Shown here: positions 36,810-45,858 of the stretch, piece after piece | How positions within the stretch are numbered: the stretch's first letter is position 1 | Layout: every line of letters starts with the position of its first letter | NCBI GenBank assembly: GCA_963708025.1 | Contig: CAVPSB010000022.1 | Coordinates: forward strand, 1 to 64,000 | Length of the DNA: 64,000 nucleotides | Source of the DNA: an uncultured Candidatus Rokubacteria bacterium | GTDB taxonomy: Bacteria > Methylomirabilota > Methylomirabilia > Rokubacteriales > DASRDR01 | Direction of reading: 5' to 3' | Notes under the pieces: generated by a model | What the model was told of the DNA's origin: nothing | Database searches by the model: none | Seen by the model: only the letters and a program-made list of their open reading frames with translations | Made by a program: the position numbers and the translations under genes

Positions 36810-37268
36810 CTAGCCCAGGCTCACCTCGTCGCTCAGCTCGTTCCGGTCGTCGGGCGCCCGCGGGAAGTGCCGGGCGAGCGTCTCCCCCACTTCCCGGACG
36901 GCGGCGACGAGGCCGTCGCGCGGACGCCCTTCCCGGAAGTGGACGACCAGCGCCGCCCGGAGCCGGTCCCAGTACTCGGCGCCGACCCGCTGATGCACCC
37001 CGGCGTCCCCGATCACCGCGAGCTTCCGGTCCTCGATCGCCACGTAGAGCAGCACGCCGCTCCGGAGGGCGGTGCGCGTCATGCCCAGCCGCTCGAACAG
37101 CTCGACGGCGCGAGCCAGCGGGTCGCCGGGACAGCGGGCGTCGAGGTGCACCCGGATCTCTCCCGACGTCCGGCCCTCGGCCGCCCCCACCGCGCAGGCC
37201 ACCTCGTGGAGGTCGGCCGACGACAGAAACTTGCGAACCCAGCGCGGCGGCCGCCGTCGCATCACCAT
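36810..37268 (-). CDS. TPM domain protein
   Basis: AEGRTSGEIRVH, GVLLYV and NELSDE motifs. Confidence 0.88.
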   Translation of the reverse strand: MVMRRRPPRWVRKFLSSADLHEVACAVGAAEGRTSGEIRVHLDARCPGDPLARAVELFERLGMTRTALRSGVLLYVAIEDRKLAVIGDAGVHQRVGAEYWDRLRAALVVHFREGRPRDGLVAAVREVGETLARHFPRAPDDRNELSDEVSLG

Positions 37269-38044
37269 TCCCCGCTGGCCCCGCCGCCCCCGAAGGTCCC
37301 GCCGCCCCCGCCGAAGCTGTCCGACGAGGAGCCGGAGCCGCCCCACGAGGAACCGGAGCCGCCCCACGGTCCCGACGACCAGCCGGAGTGACCCCGCGAC
37401 GTCGTCCACCCGCCCGGTCCCCCCGTCAAGCCGTGGGACCGCCGACGGGCCTCGTTCAGCGCGACGAGCAGCAGGGGCACCCCGACCAGCAGCATGACCC
37501 CGAGGCCGATCAGCAGGAGCGGATCGGGCCGGCCGGCCCGCTTCCCGGCCGGCGCCGCGTACGTCCCCGCGATCGCGGCCGTGATGGCGTCGACGCCCGC
37601 CGCGATGCCGTCGGCCACCTTGCCCTCGCGAAAGCGCGGCGCCACCACGTCCCGGATGATCGAGCCGGCCTGCGCGTCGGTCAGCCGGTCCTCCAGGCCG
37701 TAGCCCACCTCGAGCCGCATCCGGCGGTCGTCCAGGAAGACGAGGAAGATGACGCCGTTGTCGAGGCCCTTCTGGCCGACGCGCCAGGCCTGGGCCAGCC
37801 GGACGGAGTAGTCCTCGAGGCTCTCGCCGCGAAGGGACCGGAAGATCCCGACGACGACCTGGTTACTGGTGCCGCGCTCCCGCTCGATCAGGGTTCGCTC
37901 GAGCCGGTCACGGTCGGCGGGGGGCAGCGCCTCCGCGTAGTCGTTGACGCGGCGGGTGGGCGGCGGGGGAATCGCGAGCTGGGCCCCGGCCGCGCTCGCG
38001 AGGACCAGCAGGGTGACCGCGGCGAGCCACGGTCGGAGCGGCGT
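37262..38044 (-). CDS. TPM domain (YgcG-like) membrane protein
   Basis: VNDYA, DNGVIFLV, EVGYGLE and C-terminal GGGGASGEW. No canonical start; ACG in a TAACG overlap. Confidence 0.85.
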   Translation of the reverse strand, partial: TPLRPWLAAVTLLVLASAAGAQLAIPPPPTRRVNDYAEALPPADRDRLERTLIERERGTSNQVVVGIFRSLRGESLEDYSVRLAQAWRVGQKGLDNGVIFLVFLDDRRMRLEVGYGLEDRLTDAQAGSIIRDVVAPRFREGKVADGIAAGVDAITAAIAGTYAAPAGKRAGRPDPLLLIGLGVMLLVGVPLLLVALNEARRRSHGLTGGPGGWTTSRGHSGWSSGPWGGSGSSWGGSGSSSDSFGGGGGTFGGGGASGEW

Positions 38045-38634
38045 TAGAAGCTCACCTTGGGCGGGGCCTGGCTGCCGGGCGCCGCCTCGAAGTACGCCTT
38101 CTCCGTGAAGCCGCGGAAGGACGCCACCATGCTGCCGGGGAACATCCGGATCCGGGTGTTGTAGTCGCGGACCGCCTCGTTGAAGCGCATCCGCTCGACC
38201 GCGATCCGGTTCTCGGTGCCCTCGAGCTGGGTCTGGAGAGCAAGGAAGTTCTGGTTCGACTTCAGCTCGGGGTAGCGCTCGACGGTGACCAGCAGCCGGC
38301 TGAGGGCGCCGCCGAGCTGGTTCTGGGCCTCCTGGAACTTCTTCATCGCCTGCGGGTCGTTCAGCATCTGCGGCGTGAGCTGGATCCCCGAGGCGCTGGC
38401 GCGCGCGCGTGTGACCTCCTCCAGGACGGTCCGCTCCTGGGTCGCGAAGCCCTTGACGGTCTCGACGAGGTTCGGGATGAGGTCGGCCCGGCGCTGGTAG
38501 ACGTTCTGGACCTGGGCCCACTTCTCGTTGACGCCCTGCTCGCTCCGCACCAGGTCGTTGCTGATGCCGACACCCCAGGCGACGACGCCCAGCACCACGA
38601 GCACGATCACGCCGAGAGCGACCAGGCCTTTCAT
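38044..38634 (-). CDS. lemA: LemA family protein
   Basis: YQRRADLIPNLV, ERYPELK and EGTENRI motifs. Confidence 0.95.
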   Translation of the reverse strand: MKGLVALGVIVLVVLGVVAWGVGISNDLVRSEQGVNEKWAQVQNVYQRRADLIPNLVETVKGFATQERTVLEEVTRARASASGIQLTPQMLNDPQAMKKFQEAQNQLGGALSRLLVTVERYPELKSNQNFLALQTQLEGTENRIAVERMRFNEAVRDYNTRIRMFPGSMVASFRGFTEKAYFEAAPGSQAPPKVSF

Positions 38635-38659
38635 GGCGAATCGAATTATACACTGACTC

Positions 38660-38772
38660 TTCGGGACCTCCCGCCCACCCGATCTTCGACGGCCTTCGGC
38701 CTGTGGCCCCCTCCCCCACCGTTGGACGGCCTTCGGCCTGTGGCCGGGGAGGGGGGGGTCGGAGGAACCGAA
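38660..38772. repeat. REP-like element (copy B) with two GACGGCCTTCGGCCT modules
   Basis: Direct sequence similarity to copies A, C, D and E. Confidence 0.85.
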
Positions 38773-38787
38773 CACACCCCGAAGCTC

Positions 38788-40017
38788 TCAGCGATGGCGG
38801 GCGAGGACGAGCGCGCCGGCGATCAGGACCAGCCCTCCCCCGCCCACGACCACCTGCTGTCCGGCGAGCTGGGCCAGGCCGCCGAGGAGGACGGGACCCA
38901 GGATCATGCCGGCGTCCAGCGAGATCCGGTACACGGCCAAGGGCGCGGGTGGCAGCGGGGTGCCGGCCCGATCGGACAGGACCATGGCCGGGATCATCCA
39001 CACCGCGAAGCCGCCCCCCACCAGGACGAGCCCGAGGACGAATGCGGTCGGGTGGCTGCCGGCGGCCAGGACGAGCCCCCCGAGGGCGACCGCGAGCGCC
39101 CCGCCCAGGAACAGCGGCTCACGCCGCACCCGGTCGATCACGACCCCGACCACGGACAGGCCGATCAGCTCGGCGACGTAGCCGGCGCCAAGCGCCCAGC
39201 CGATGGCCTGGCTCTCGAGGCCGTACCGGTCGTGACCGAGGAGCGGCGCCAGCGTCGCGAAGAGCCCGGACCAGGTCAGGCTCATGGTGAGGCACGCGGC
39301 GTAGATGGGCGCGAGCGCGCGCAGCTCGCCGCCCGGCACCCATCGCCCGGACGCCGCCTGGCCCGGAGGACGCCGACCGGCGTGCGGCCCGAGGGACGGC
39401 CAGGTCAGTCCGCAGAGGAGCATCACCCCGGCCGCGCCCAGGAAGACCGGGCGCCATCCCGCGTGCTGGGCGATGGTCGCGGCCAGCACGCCGCCCACCC
39501 CAAGGCTCAGGATCGCCATGCCCTCGAACGCGGTGGCCAGCCGCCCGCGCCAGGGCCCCGGCGCGGCCTCCAGCAGCTCGGCGAACACGGCGAGAAACGC
39601 GATCGACGACCCGAGTCCCATGACGAGCCGGCCGGCCAGGAACAGCGGGAAACCCAGGGCCACGCCACAGACCAGCGAGCCCGCCACGAGCCCGACCAGG
39701 CCCAGGAACACGGCCAGCCGGGTCCCCCAGCGGGCGCGGATCCGGCTCGCCGGGTAGCTGCCGGACAGCCGGCCGATCGCGTAGATCGTGTTGACGAGGC
39801 CGGCCTCGACCGTCGAGAGCCCCCAGTCGGCGGCGACGAGCGGCAGGATCGGCGGCAGCATCCCGACGGTGAACGCCGTCAGGACGTCGAGGACGAACAG
39901 CGGGACCAGCGGGCCGAGCACCGCGCGGGCGGAGGGGGCCGCCTCCGGTCCTCCGCGCCGGAAGACGTCCGGGGGGATGACCCCCGGACCCTTGCCGCGC
40001 GGCGACGTCGGCGTCAC
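38788..40017 (-). CDS. MFS transporter
   Basis: About 12 TM helices; GRLVMGLG and IDRVRR motifs. Confidence 0.88.
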   Translation of the reverse strand: MTPTSPRGKGPGVIPPDVFRRGGPEAAPSARAVLGPLVPLFVLDVLTAFTVGMLPPILPLVAADWGLSTVEAGLVNTIYAIGRLSGSYPASRIRARWGTRLAVFLGLVGLVAGSLVCGVALGFPLFLAGRLVMGLGSSIAFLAVFAELLEAAPGPWRGRLATAFEGMAILSLGVGGVLAATIAQHAGWRPVFLGAAGVMLLCGLTWPSLGPHAGRRPPGQAASGRWVPGGELRALAPIYAACLTMSLTWSGLFATLAPLLGHDRYGLESQAIGWALGAGYVAELIGLSVVGVVIDRVRREPLFLGGALAVALGGLVLAAGSHPTAFVLGLVLVGGGFAVWMIPAMVLSDRAGTPLPPAPLAVYRISLDAGMILGPVLLGGLAQLAGQQVVVGGGGLVLIAGALVLARHR

Positions 40018-42329
40018 CGGGCTCGGCCGGTCGTCTGCTCCTGCATGGCGCGCCAGAGCCGCTCCGGCGTGATCGGCAGGCGAGTCACCCGGACCCCGAC
40101 GGCGTCGAAGACCGCGTTGGCGATCGCCGGCGCGGTCGGCACCATCGCCGGCTCACCGATCCCGCGGGCGCCCCACGGGCCCATGCCCTCCCCGGACTCG
40201 AGGACGATCGAGGTGACGTCGGGGACGTCCAGCGCGGTCGGGATCAGGTACGTCATCAGGTTCGGCGTCACGGTGACACCGGCCGCCACCTTGTCCTCCT
40301 CGAGGAGGGCGTAGCCGATCCCCATGGCCGCTCCCCCCTCGATCTGCCCCTCGACGGAGTTCCGGTTGATCGCCTTGCCCACGTCGTAGCAGGCGGCGAG
40401 CCGCCGGACCTCGACCTCGCCGGTCGCCTCGTCGACCTCGACCTCCGCGGCCTGGGAGCCGAAGGTGAAGTCGGGGAAGACCTTGCCCTGGCCGGTCTCG
40501 AAGTCCATGACCTGGCCGGCCGGCGCCTGGTAGATGGCGAAGGCCGAGCGCGACCGGTGGGCCCGCGCGCAGGCGGCCGCCAGCTCCAGGAAGGAGACGG
40601 TCTTCGCTGGCGTGCCGTCGCCGCGTGCCCGGGCCAGCCCGTCGGCCAGCTCGATGGCCTCGGCCGGCACGTTGAGCAGCTCCGCCGACTGGGCCACGAG
40701 GGTCGCCCGCAGCTCGCCGGCCGCCTTGTAGACGGCCGAGCCCGACATGTAGAGCTGACGGGTCGCGGTGGTGGTGCCGGCCAGCGGCGTCAGGGCGGAG
40801 TCGCCGATGTGGATGGCGATCGCGTCGGTGGAGACGCCGAGCACCTCGGCCGCGATCTGGACCAGCGAGGCCGCCTGACCGCCGCCGATGTCCGGCACGC
40901 CCGTCCGGATGAGGACCGTGCCGTCCATCTGCAGCTCGACCCACGCGCTCGACCAGTCGTGGAGCCACACGATGCGGCCATAGGACGTCATGGCCGAGGC
41001 GAGGCCCCGCCCGACCCGCTTCCCCGGTCCCGACGGCGCGCCCCGCGGACCGAGCGCCTCCCAGGCGCGCCGCGCGGTCTCGGGCAGAAGCACCGCCGTC
41101 TCCAGCTCCTGACCCGAGGCGATGCGCTCTCCCTTGCGCAGGTAGTTCGTCTCGCGGAACGCGACCGGATCCAGCCCGAGCGTGTGGGCCAGGGCGTCCA
41201 TCTGGCTCTCGTAGGCGAAGGCCGGCTGGGCGGAGCCGAAGCCCCGGAAGGCCGAGGTCGGCGGGTTGTTGGTCAGCACCGAGACGCCGTCCACGGTGAC
41301 GTGAGGGATCCGGTACGGCCCGGCGGCGTGGACCATGGCGTAGAGCAGCGTCAGCGGCGAGAGGTAGGCGTAGCCGCCAGCATCCGAGATCAGCTCGACG
41401 GCGAGGGCGGTGAGGGTCCCGTCCTTCTTCGCCCCGTGCCGGTACTTCATGATGAACGGGTGCCGCTTGGTCGGCGAGAGGATCGACTCCTCCCGCGAGT
41501 AGCAGAGGCGGACGGGGCGGCGCGTCTTCGACACGAGGAGGCCCAGGAACACCTCGACGGTCACGTCCTCCTTGCCGCCGAAGCCGCCCCCGATGTAGGG
41601 CGCGATGATCCGGACCCGCGAGTGGGGGAGGCCGAGGACGTTGGCGACGTCCCGGAAGTGCTCGATCACCTGGGTGGCCACCCGGAGCGTGACCACGCCG
41701 TTCTCGTCGAGCCAGCCCACCCCGGCCTCCGGCTCGATGAAGGCGTGGTCGATGAAGCCGGTCCGGTAGGTGTGCTCGACGACGACGTCCGCGTCGCGGA
41801 AGCCGGCGCCGACGTCGCCCTTCCGGATCTTCCAGCGGGAGATGACGTTACCGGTCGGCTCGATCTGCGGGGCCCCGGGGCGCATCGCCGCCTCGGGGTC
41901 GAACACCCCGGGGAGGTCCTCGTACTCGACCGCGACCCGGCGCGCCGCGTCCTCGGCCGCCTCCTCGGTCTCGGCGGCGACCAGCGCCACCGCCTCGCCG
42001 AGGTAGCGTACGACCTCCTCGGCCAGCACCTGGGTCCGCGCCCGCAGGGGGCCGACGGCCGTCGTCTGGCCCGGCACGTCGCTGAACAGCACGTTGTGCG
42101 GGACGTCGCGGGCGGTGAGCACGCACTTCACGCCGGGCACCGCCTTGGCCGGGCCGGTGTCGATCTTCAGGATGCGAGCCGAGGGGCGGGTCGCCCGCAC
42201 GACGCGGGCGTGCAGCATGCCGGCGAGCGCCAAGTCGTCGGCGTAGCGGAGAAGGCCGTGGACCTTGTCGCGGGCGTCGAAGCGGGGGGCCCGCTCCCCG
42301 ACGGTGCGGAACCCCGGGGTCGCGCTCAT
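40014..42329 (-). CDS. Xanthine dehydrogenase family molybdopterin-binding subunit
   Basis: IGGGFGGK, AFRGFG, GQIEGG and GIGE motifs. Confidence 0.93.
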   Translation of the reverse strand: MSATPGFRTVGERAPRFDARDKVHGLLRYADDLALAGMLHARVVRATRPSARILKIDTGPAKAVPGVKCVLTARDVPHNVLFSDVPGQTTAVGPLRARTQVLAEEVVRYLGEAVALVAAETEEAAEDAARRVAVEYEDLPGVFDPEAAMRPGAPQIEPTGNVISRWKIRKGDVGAGFRDADVVVEHTYRTGFIDHAFIEPEAGVGWLDENGVVTLRVATQVIEHFRDVANVLGLPHSRVRIIAPYIGGGFGGKEDVTVEVFLGLLVSKTRRPVRLCYSREESILSPTKRHPFIMKYRHGAKKDGTLTALAVELISDAGGYAYLSPLTLLYAMVHAAGPYRIPHVTVDGVSVLTNNPPTSAFRGFGSAQPAFAYESQMDALAHTLGLDPVAFRETNYLRKGERIASGQELETAVLLPETARRAWEALGPRGAPSGPGKRVGRGLASAMTSYGRIVWLHDWSSAWVELQMDGTVLIRTGVPDIGGGQAASLVQIAAEVLGVSTDAIAIHIGDSALTPLAGTTTATRQLYMSGSAVYKAAGELRATLVAQSAELLNVPAEAIELADGLARARGDGTPAKTVSFLELAAACARAHRSRSAFAIYQAPAGQVMDFETGQGKVFPDFTFGSQAAEVEVDEATGEVEVRRLAACYDVGKAINRNSVEGQIEGGAAMGIGYALLEEDKVAAGVTVTPNLMTYLIPTALDVPDVTSIVLESGEGMGPWGARGIGEPAMVPTAPAIANAVFDAVGVRVTRLPITPERLWRAMQEQTTGRAR

Positions 42330-42802
42330 CGGTCGCCCACAATCATCCGGCGCGCGGCCGCCTCGGCGGCGTCGACGATCTTGTGGTAGCCGGTGCAGCG
42401 GCAGAGGTTGCCGCCGATCGCCTCGCGGATCTCCAGGCGGCTCGGGCGCGGACGCTCCTGGAGAAAGGCGTAGAGCGAGACGAGCATCCCGGGGATGCAG
42501 ATCCCGCACTGGGCGGCGCCCAGCTCGACGAAGGCCGCCTGGAGCGGATGGGGCGCCTCCGGGCCGCCCAGCCCGCGCACGGTCAGCACCGCCTTCCCCT
42601 CGGCCTGGACGGCCAAGGCCAGGCAGGAGTTGATCGCCTTGCCGTCCAGCACGACGGCGCAGGCGCCGCAGTCCCCGCGCTCGCAGCCCGACTTCACCTC
42701 GGTGGCGGCCAGGCGCTGGCGGAGGACCCAGAGCAGGGTCTCGTGGGGCTCGACCGGCACCCGGGTCCGCTCGCCATTGAGCGTCAGCTCGATCGTGAGG
42801 AT
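42326..42802 (-). CDS. (2Fe-2S)-binding subunit (CoxS/XdhC-like); start uncertain
   Basis: GCERGDCGAC, QCGICIPG and NLCRCTGY motifs. Confidence 0.9.
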   Translation of the reverse strand: MLTIELTLNGERTRVPVEPHETLLWVLRQRLAATEVKSGCERGDCGACAVVLDGKAINSCLALAVQAEGKAVLTVRGLGGPEAPHPLQAAFVELGAAQCGICIPGMLVSLYAFLQERPRPSRLEIREAIGGNLCRCTGYHKIVDAAEAAARRMIVGDR

Positions 42803-42804
42803 TT

Positions 42805-42922
42805 TTGGGAACCTCCCTCCTACCCGATCCTTCGACGGCCTTCGGCCTTTGGCCCCCCTCCCCACCCGTTGGACGGCCTTCGGCCTGTGGCGGGGGGGAG
42901 GGGGGAGCCGGAGGAACCCGAG
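42805..42922. repeat. REP-like element (copy C) read through by the FAD-subunit ORF
   Basis: Same modules as copy B. Confidence 0.85.
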
Positions 42923-42949
42923 TGCCGGCGCTCTCTCGAAGGCCGGTTT

Positions 42950-43787
42950 GTGTGAGCGCTCGGGCCACGAGGGCCCGGACCATCGCGCGCCGGTAGTCGT
43001 CGCCGCCCCGCACGTCGCTGATGGGCTGGGACGCGGCGGCCGCGGCCTCCGCCGCGCGCCCGACGCGCTCGGGCGTCAACGCCTCGCCCGCGAGCTGGGC
43101 CTCCGCCTCGCGGGCGCGAAACGGGCGGGGCGCCACCGCGCCGAGCGCCACGGCGGCGCTCACGCAGCGCCCGGCCCCGTCCAGCTCGACTCGCGTCGCG
43201 ACGCTCACGACCGCGATGGCGCCCCCGCGCTTGAGGCCGAGCTTGTAGAAGAGCTGCCGGCCCGCCGGGCGAGGCACCTCGACGGCCCGGATCAGCTCAC
43301 CGGGCCCCAGGGCCGTCCGCCGGGGTCCGAGCAGGAACGCGTCGAGGGTGATCACCCGCTCGCCCGCCGCCCCGGTCAGCACGAGGCGGGCGTCGAGGGC
43401 CAGGAGCGGCACCACCAGGTCGGCGCCCGGGCTCGCGTTGGCCAGGTTGCCGCCGAGCGTCGCCTTGTTGCGGGTCAGGAAGTCGGCGAAGTCGTGGGCT
43501 GCCCGGTGGAGCGCCGGGACCCACTCGGCGACGAGAGGGGAGGCCAGCAACTCGCCCACGGTCACCCCGCCACCGATGCGGAGGACGCCGTCGGTGGCCT
43601 CGATGCCGCGAAGATCGGCCAGCTCGGCGACGTCCACGAGCAGCGCGGGCGCCTGCCGCCGTTCCCGGAGGTCCACCAGGAGGTCCGTCCCCCCCGCCAG
43701 GGCCCGCGCGTCGGGGTGCTCCGCCAGGAGCGCCACGGCCTCGCGGAGCGCGGTGGCACGCCGGTACTCGAAGCGCGGCAGCAGCAT
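42950..43787 (-). CDS. FAD-binding subunit (CoxM/XdhB-like); 3' end unresolved
   Basis: LAGGTDL, RNKATLGGNL and PISDVRGGDDYRR motifs. No in-frame stop before the repeat. Confidence 0.88.
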
Positions 43788-43807
43788 GCGCGCCCGACGC
43801 CCCGGCG

Positions 43808-44377
43808 CTACTCGGGGATGACGATCAGGGGTGTCTCGATGTCGCCGTTGGAGAGGATCTGGATCTCTTGCCGCGATTCCGTCCTTCCCTGGGCGTTCTC
43901 CTGCTCGACGGTCACGTGCGTCTCCCGGCTGAAGGCCGGCACGCTGCCGAAGCCCCGCGAGGGCCGGGGGCTCGAGGCCCCGGCGCTACCCGGGAGCTGG
44001 TCCACCGTGATCCGGGTCGTGGGGGCCCCGCCGCTCACGTTGGGAGCCAGGCTGGCCGGCGCCCGGCCGCTGACGTTCGGAGGCGGGCTGGTCGTGGACC
44101 GGTTGATGATCCGGACTTCCTGGGTCACGGCCGGCACGCTGGCGCCGGCCGAGGGCGCGCCGGCCGAGGGCGCGGCGGCCCGGCCGCTGCCGGCGACGCT
44201 CGCGCCCGGCTGCACGACGATCCGCGTGTCCGTGACGGCACCGCCCGCCGCCGGGGCGCGGGGGTTGACGATGATCGGCACCACGACCCGGCCCTGCGCC
44301 AGTGCCTCGCCGGCCCCGGCGACGCCGAGGCCGACGCCGATCGCGAGTGAGACGAACACGGTCATTGCCCTCGTCAT
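43808..44377 (-). CDS. Hypothetical secreted low-complexity protein
   Basis: Signal peptide (ALA), short internal repeats PNVSG and APSAG. Confidence 0.7.
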   Translation of the reverse strand: MTRAMTVFVSLAIGVGLGVAGAGEALAQGRVVVPIIVNPRAPAAGGAVTDTRIVVQPGASVAGSGRAAAPSAGAPSAGASVPAVTQEVRIINRSTTSPPPNVSGRAPASLAPNVSGGAPTTRITVDQLPGSAGASSPRPSRGFGSVPAFSRETHVTVEQENAQGRTESRQEIQILSNGDIETPLIVIPE

Positions 44378-44616
44378 GGCGTATCTCCTCCCCCACCCTG
44401 GATGGCGGGAATGAATGTCACCTCGTCTCCGTCGCGCAGCACGGTGCCGTCGGGGGCGGAGGCGCCGTTGACGGCCGCGTGAACCTCGAGGCCGGACACC
44501 CCGAGCCGCTGCATCGCCTGGAACACGGTGGCGCCGCCGGGCAGCTCGAGCCGGATCTCGTCGCCGCCGTTGGGTCCGCAGGCGAGGCCGAAGACGTACT
44601 TCACGGTAACGAGCAT
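44374..44616 (-). CDS. MoaD/ThiS family ubiquitin-like protein
   Basis: AVNG...LRDGDEVTFIPAIQGG, followed by a short extension. Confidence 0.85.
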   Translation of the reverse strand: MLVTVKYVFGLACGPNGGDEIRLELPGGATVFQAMQRLGVSGLEVHAAVNGASAPDGTVLRDGDEVTFIPAIQGGGGDTP

Positions 44617-44629
44617 CGGCCCGGGCGCG

Positions 44630-45124
44630 CTATCGGCGGCGTCCCGCCCGTCGGGCCGGACGCCGGGCCGACTTGGTCGCCGGCCGGCGCACGGCGGGCC
44701 GGGCCGGTGCGGGCCGCCCGGGCTTCACCGCGATCGCCTCGACCTCGAGGAGCATCCCCGGGCGCGCCAGCGCCTGGACGACCACGCCCGTGTTCGGCGG
44801 GTAGACGCCGTCCGGGAACAGCCGGGCGTACTCGCTCTTCCGCCACTCGCCGAACGGCCCGAAGTCCTCGTGGCGGGTCAGGAACGTCGTGAATTTCACC
44901 ACGTCGCGCCAGCCGCAGCCGGCTTCCCGGAGGATCGCCTCGAGGTTCCGGTAGACCTGGGCGGCCTGGGCGGCGATGTCGCCCTCGCCCACCAGGCGGC
45001 CGGTCGCGTCCATCGCGACCTGCCCGGCCACGAAGACCAGCCGGCCGGCGTCCACGTCGAACCCGGCCGAGTACATCCCGATCGGCTTCCCGTCACCCTT
45101 CGGTGTGATCACCCGTCGCGCCAT
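44630..45124 (-). CDS. RidA/YjgF family protein
   Basis: YSAG, VFVAGQV, NLEAILREAG and LEVEAIA motifs. Confidence 0.9.
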   Translation of the reverse strand: MARRVITPKGDGKPIGMYSAGFDVDAGRLVFVAGQVAMDATGRLVGEGDIAAQAAQVYRNLEAILREAGCGWRDVVKFTTFLTRHEDFGPFGEWRKSEYARLFPDGVYPPNTGVVVQALARPGMLLEVEAIAVKPGRPAPARPAVRRPATKSARRPARRAGRRR

Positions 45125-45158
45125 GCTGAGCCTCCCCCGAGCTGGATGAACCACGACC

Positions 45159-45389
45159 TCAAGTATCGGGTGCGGCGCGCCCGGGAGCAAGGGGGCCGGA
45201 CGGGCGGCATCGCCCCCAGGCGAGGCCGGCATCCCGCAACGCGGCCTGGACGCGTAGCCGCCGGGTCACCGCCTCCGGCGACATGTCCACCTTGGCGGCC
45301 AGCCGGCGGGCGGCCGCCAGATCGCTCCGCTCGCTCATCTCGCGCAGACGGCGGGTGACGGCCTCCGGCGACATCCGATCCGGTCTCAT
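45159..45389 (-). CDS. Small protein with duplicated MSPEAVTRRLR motif
   Basis: ATGA overlap with the nucleotidyltransferase stop; internal repeat with synonymous differences. Confidence 0.7.
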   Translation of the reverse strand: MRPDRMSPEAVTRRLREMSERSDLAAARRLAAKVDMSPEAVTRRLRVQAALRDAGLAWGRCRPSGPLAPGRAAPDT

Positions 45390-45841
45390 CCATCGAGCTC
45401 CTGCAGCCGCCGGATGTCCGCCAGGTCCTGCTCGCGACCCGCCCAGGCCTTCATCTGGATGAGCCCCTCGCGGGACACCACCGAGAACTCGCCGCGCTCG
45501 GTGCGAACGCGCTGCCGGGAGTCCCACACCGGCTCGAGGTTCGGGTTGACCAGGAGCAGATCGAGCGTCACCATGTCGGCCCCGTCGGTCTTCACCACCC
45601 GACGGATCTCCAGGCCGTCGCTGAACGTCATCGGGAGCGCCTCGACGCCGAATCGCTGCGCGCGCGCCACCCCGAGCACCGCGTCGAGGTCCGGCCGGCG
45701 CACCAGCAGATCGATGTCGGTGGTGGCGCGGGTGACGCCGTGGATGGCGAGCGCGATGGCGCCCGCCACCGCGTAGGGGATCTGCCGACGCTCCAGCTCG
45801 CTCAGGAGCCCGGCGGTCTCCTCGAACAGGTCGAGTCCCAC
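45386..45841 (-). CDS. Nucleotidyltransferase (pol-beta fold, AbiEii-like)
   Basis: AVAGAIALAIHGVTRATTDIDLLV and LIQMK..AGREQDLAD motifs. Confidence 0.8.
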   Translation of the reverse strand: MGLDLFEETAGLLSELERRQIPYAVAGAIALAIHGVTRATTDIDLLVRRPDLDAVLGVARAQRFGVEALPMTFSDGLEIRRVVKTDGADMVTLDLLLVNPNLEPVWDSRQRVRTERGEFSVVSREGLIQMKAWAGREQDLADIRRLQELDG

Positions 45842-45858
45842 GGCGGCGTCCGTGAAAA

